Below, piece by piece: positions 61,492-64,000 of a stretch of 64,000 bases of DNA. The stretch's first letter is position 1, and each line of letters starts with the position of its first letter. The DNA is from Lepidodermella squamata. Taxonomy: Eukaryota > Animalia > Gastrotricha. The stretch spans positions 2,418,001 through 2,482,000 of the forward strand of contig JBLDXI010000001.1 in assembly GCA_047495785.1 (NCBI GenBank), written 5' to 3'. Made by a program: the position numbers and the translations under genes. The notes below the pieces were generated by a model. That model ran no database searches, was not told the DNA's origin, and saw only the letters and a list, made by a program, of their open reading frames with translations.

Positions 61492-64000
61492 ATGATTCGA
61501 GCTATTGCTAATGCTGCAGCTCGAGATAACCTCGAAGACTGTACGCTGATAAAATGGCTAATAAAAGGCTGTGAGTTGACAATTGTTAGCAAGAAAGGCA
61601 ACGAGAAGAAACGGCTCGTCTACGTCGATGAAGAAACTGGAGTTTTGCGGAAACAAAGCGTCGGATTTCTCGCTGCTGATGGAACTAAACCAATCATTCG
61701 TAAGCTTCAAGAAATGTTCTCGATTTTTCTATAGGTCTTAAAATATATTTTAACCGCTGAAATTGAGGTTCTAGCACTAAATTGTTTCGATTCTGAGTTT
61801 TTTTCTTTCTTGATCGATATTGATGCCCTGCAATTTTAGCTTCCAAGACTTCTGATATCGGAAAAAATCACTGATTTGCGATATCGATACGTGGAATCGA
61901 TATCGGCAGGGTGGATAATAATTCGTGAAATTATCGCCGCTCATTTTGCATTTCAATAAAACTTTTTCAGGAAAATTTAGGGCTTGAGCCCTTAAATTTA
62001 GTACTGGAACTCTAAATTAAATGTGTTCACTTGGTGCAAAATTTTTCAAATTTTTCTTTATTTATTCAGCCTTGAGTCAAGTAAACAATGTCATCGATGG
62101 CTCGTTAGACGACTCGCTGCCTCACGACTGGTTGTACGATGTTCAAGACTGCTGTTTTTCACTGACTTACGCTAATGGAACGAAATCGAAGCAATTCATC
62201 GCTCATAACGCGGTCACAAAATGGGCCTGGGTTCGAGGCCTTACGCTACTCGTCGCAAAGTTGTCTGGATCCTCGCGACATGTTCAGAGTTCAGACGAGT
62301 AAATTATAAAAAAATTCATATTTTATTTAAAAATAAATGTTTCTCCTAATTTAGCATAATAAATTTTCAATTCCATATGGCTGATACAAATAAGGATGGA
62401 CTCATAAGCAATGATGAAGCAGTAATGGCCATGAATCAGCTCCATCTTCACATAAATGATCGGTATTCAGACCGGCTATTTGCCGAAATTTCGAGAGACG
62501 GCGACAACAACAGCGATGGCTATTACTTGGATCGGAAACAATTTTTACACCTGGTGAAAAAATTATCGCAATGCCCTGAAATTCGACGGCTTTATGAACA
62601 GTAAATTTCGGCTGAAAAAATGAATTTTTATTATATTTTTATTTTTTCAGGGCTAAAGCTCCTAGTGCCCAATATTTGAATGGAAACCGGTTCAGCTCGT
62701 TCCTGCAACATACCCAACAAGAAAATTTGCTTGATTACGCCCTGGTCGGCAATTTTGTGCGTAAATACGAGCTTAGTTTCGGCCTTCGAGGCAGCGACAG
62801 TTTCAGCTATGAAGGTAAATTTCGGATATTTCAAAAATTACCTATGATTAAACCGCCCTTTTTCGATCAGGCTTTCGAGCATTCGTCTTGTCGGATGATA
62901 ATTCAATTCAAGTCCCCGAGTCCTTAACGGATATCTATCACGATATGACGAGGCCGTTGTCTGATTACTGGATCTTTGCTTCTCATAATACGTAAATATA
63001 AAAAAGCAATAATATTCGAATGTTTTATTATTTAAAAAAATTCCAGGTATGTAAGCGCTAGCCACTTTTCCGGTCAATGCAATGTTAATGCCATCTCGAA
63101 TGCTCTGAAGAAAGGGTGCCGATTAATCCAAAGTGAGTTCGAAAATTTTTCAAACTTTTCAAAATTTCAATATGAAAAAGTTATTATTTTTTTGACAATT
63201 ATTTAAAATTTGAAAATTGAATTTTCTAATTCCAAAATAATTTTTTTTCTATTTTTAGTCGACACCTGGGACGGCCATGACGATGAGCCAATAGTGACAA
63301 TAAACGGCCAAAATTACACATCGAAAATATATTTCCGCGACATACTTCGAACTATCAACGAGGAAGCTTTTATCACATCGCCGTATCCTGTACTAATTTC
63401 CATCGAAAACCACTGCTCGCCGCCTCAACAACGCCGCATGGCCTTTTACCTGAAAACAGTCCTTGAAGACACCATATGCACATCGGCAGTCGACCCGAAA
63501 AACCCGGATCAACTACTCTCGCCTGAAGAACTGAAATTTAAAATTTTAGTGAAAAGCAAATCGATAGCTGGAAATTACCAGCAACAATCGAGTAATTATC
63601 TGCAGCCAAGTTTTAGCAATCAAACCTTGTCAAGACCTTCCTCGGGCCTATCATCAAATAGCCGAAATTCAAACTACAACGGCTCGTTGGAGTCGCAAAT
63701 GGTATCATCGTCGTTGAACGATTTAACAGCTCGGAAGGTCTGCCCAGAATTGTCGGAAATTATCGCATTCCCCTCTGTTCCAATGCCAAAATTTCGTAAG
63801 CAAGGGAATGTGAATCAGAAAATGCCGACAAATGGCATTGCGAGTTTGGTCGAAAGTGAGGCGATGAGTTTGGCTGAAAATGCTGCGGTTGAGGTTCGGA
63901 ACCATACCAGCCGGCATTTGGTTCGGGTCTATCCAACAGCGATTCGAGTCGAGTCGAGCAACTTCGATCCCATTCCAGCTATGATGGCTGGCTATCAAAT
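61492..64000 (+). CDS. Phosphoinositide phospholipase C family protein (PH, EF-hand, X and Y boxes), truncated by the window end, possibly inactive
   Basis: EF hand ADTNKDGLIS. X box DMTRPLSDYWIFASHNTY, GCRLIQIDTWDG, AFITSPYPVLISIENHC and SPEELKFKILVK. Y box LVRVYP..RVESSNFDP. Confidence 0.9.

Overview
Gene-dense eukaryotic genomic DNA, most likely from an invertebrate animal. Most GT-AG introns are about 50-60 nt, so the six-frame ORFs are mainly exon fragments. Manual splicing gives about 21 genes: a secreted Gly/Arg-rich repeat protein, a class A GPCR, three Cys-loop (pentameric) ion-channel subunits, an M13 neprilysin, a lipocalin, a galaxin-like Cys-Cys repeat protein, a LamG-LamG-trypsin pseudoprotease, a DUF7802-like membrane protein, two paralogues of an unrecognised family, a Cys-rich secreted protein, a small membrane protein, an ankyrin protein, two GT92 glycosyltransferases, a TIR-NB-ARC-ankyrin STAND protein, two EB-module mucin-like proteins, a GABA-B-like class C GPCR and a PLC-family gene that runs off the right end. 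Several MITE families are present. Highlights: (1) a Cys-loop channel with two tandem ~240-aa unrecognised N-terminal domains that share intron positions; (2) two diverged copies of a non-coding element with compensatory stem changes, a candidate structured RNA; (3) an NLR-like TIR-NB-ARC-ANK gene that keeps the TIR catalytic Glu and has VHQ in place of MHD; (4) two predicted pseudoenzymes; (5) a tightly packed run of seven co-directional genes. All gene models and family calls were made by eye without database searches.
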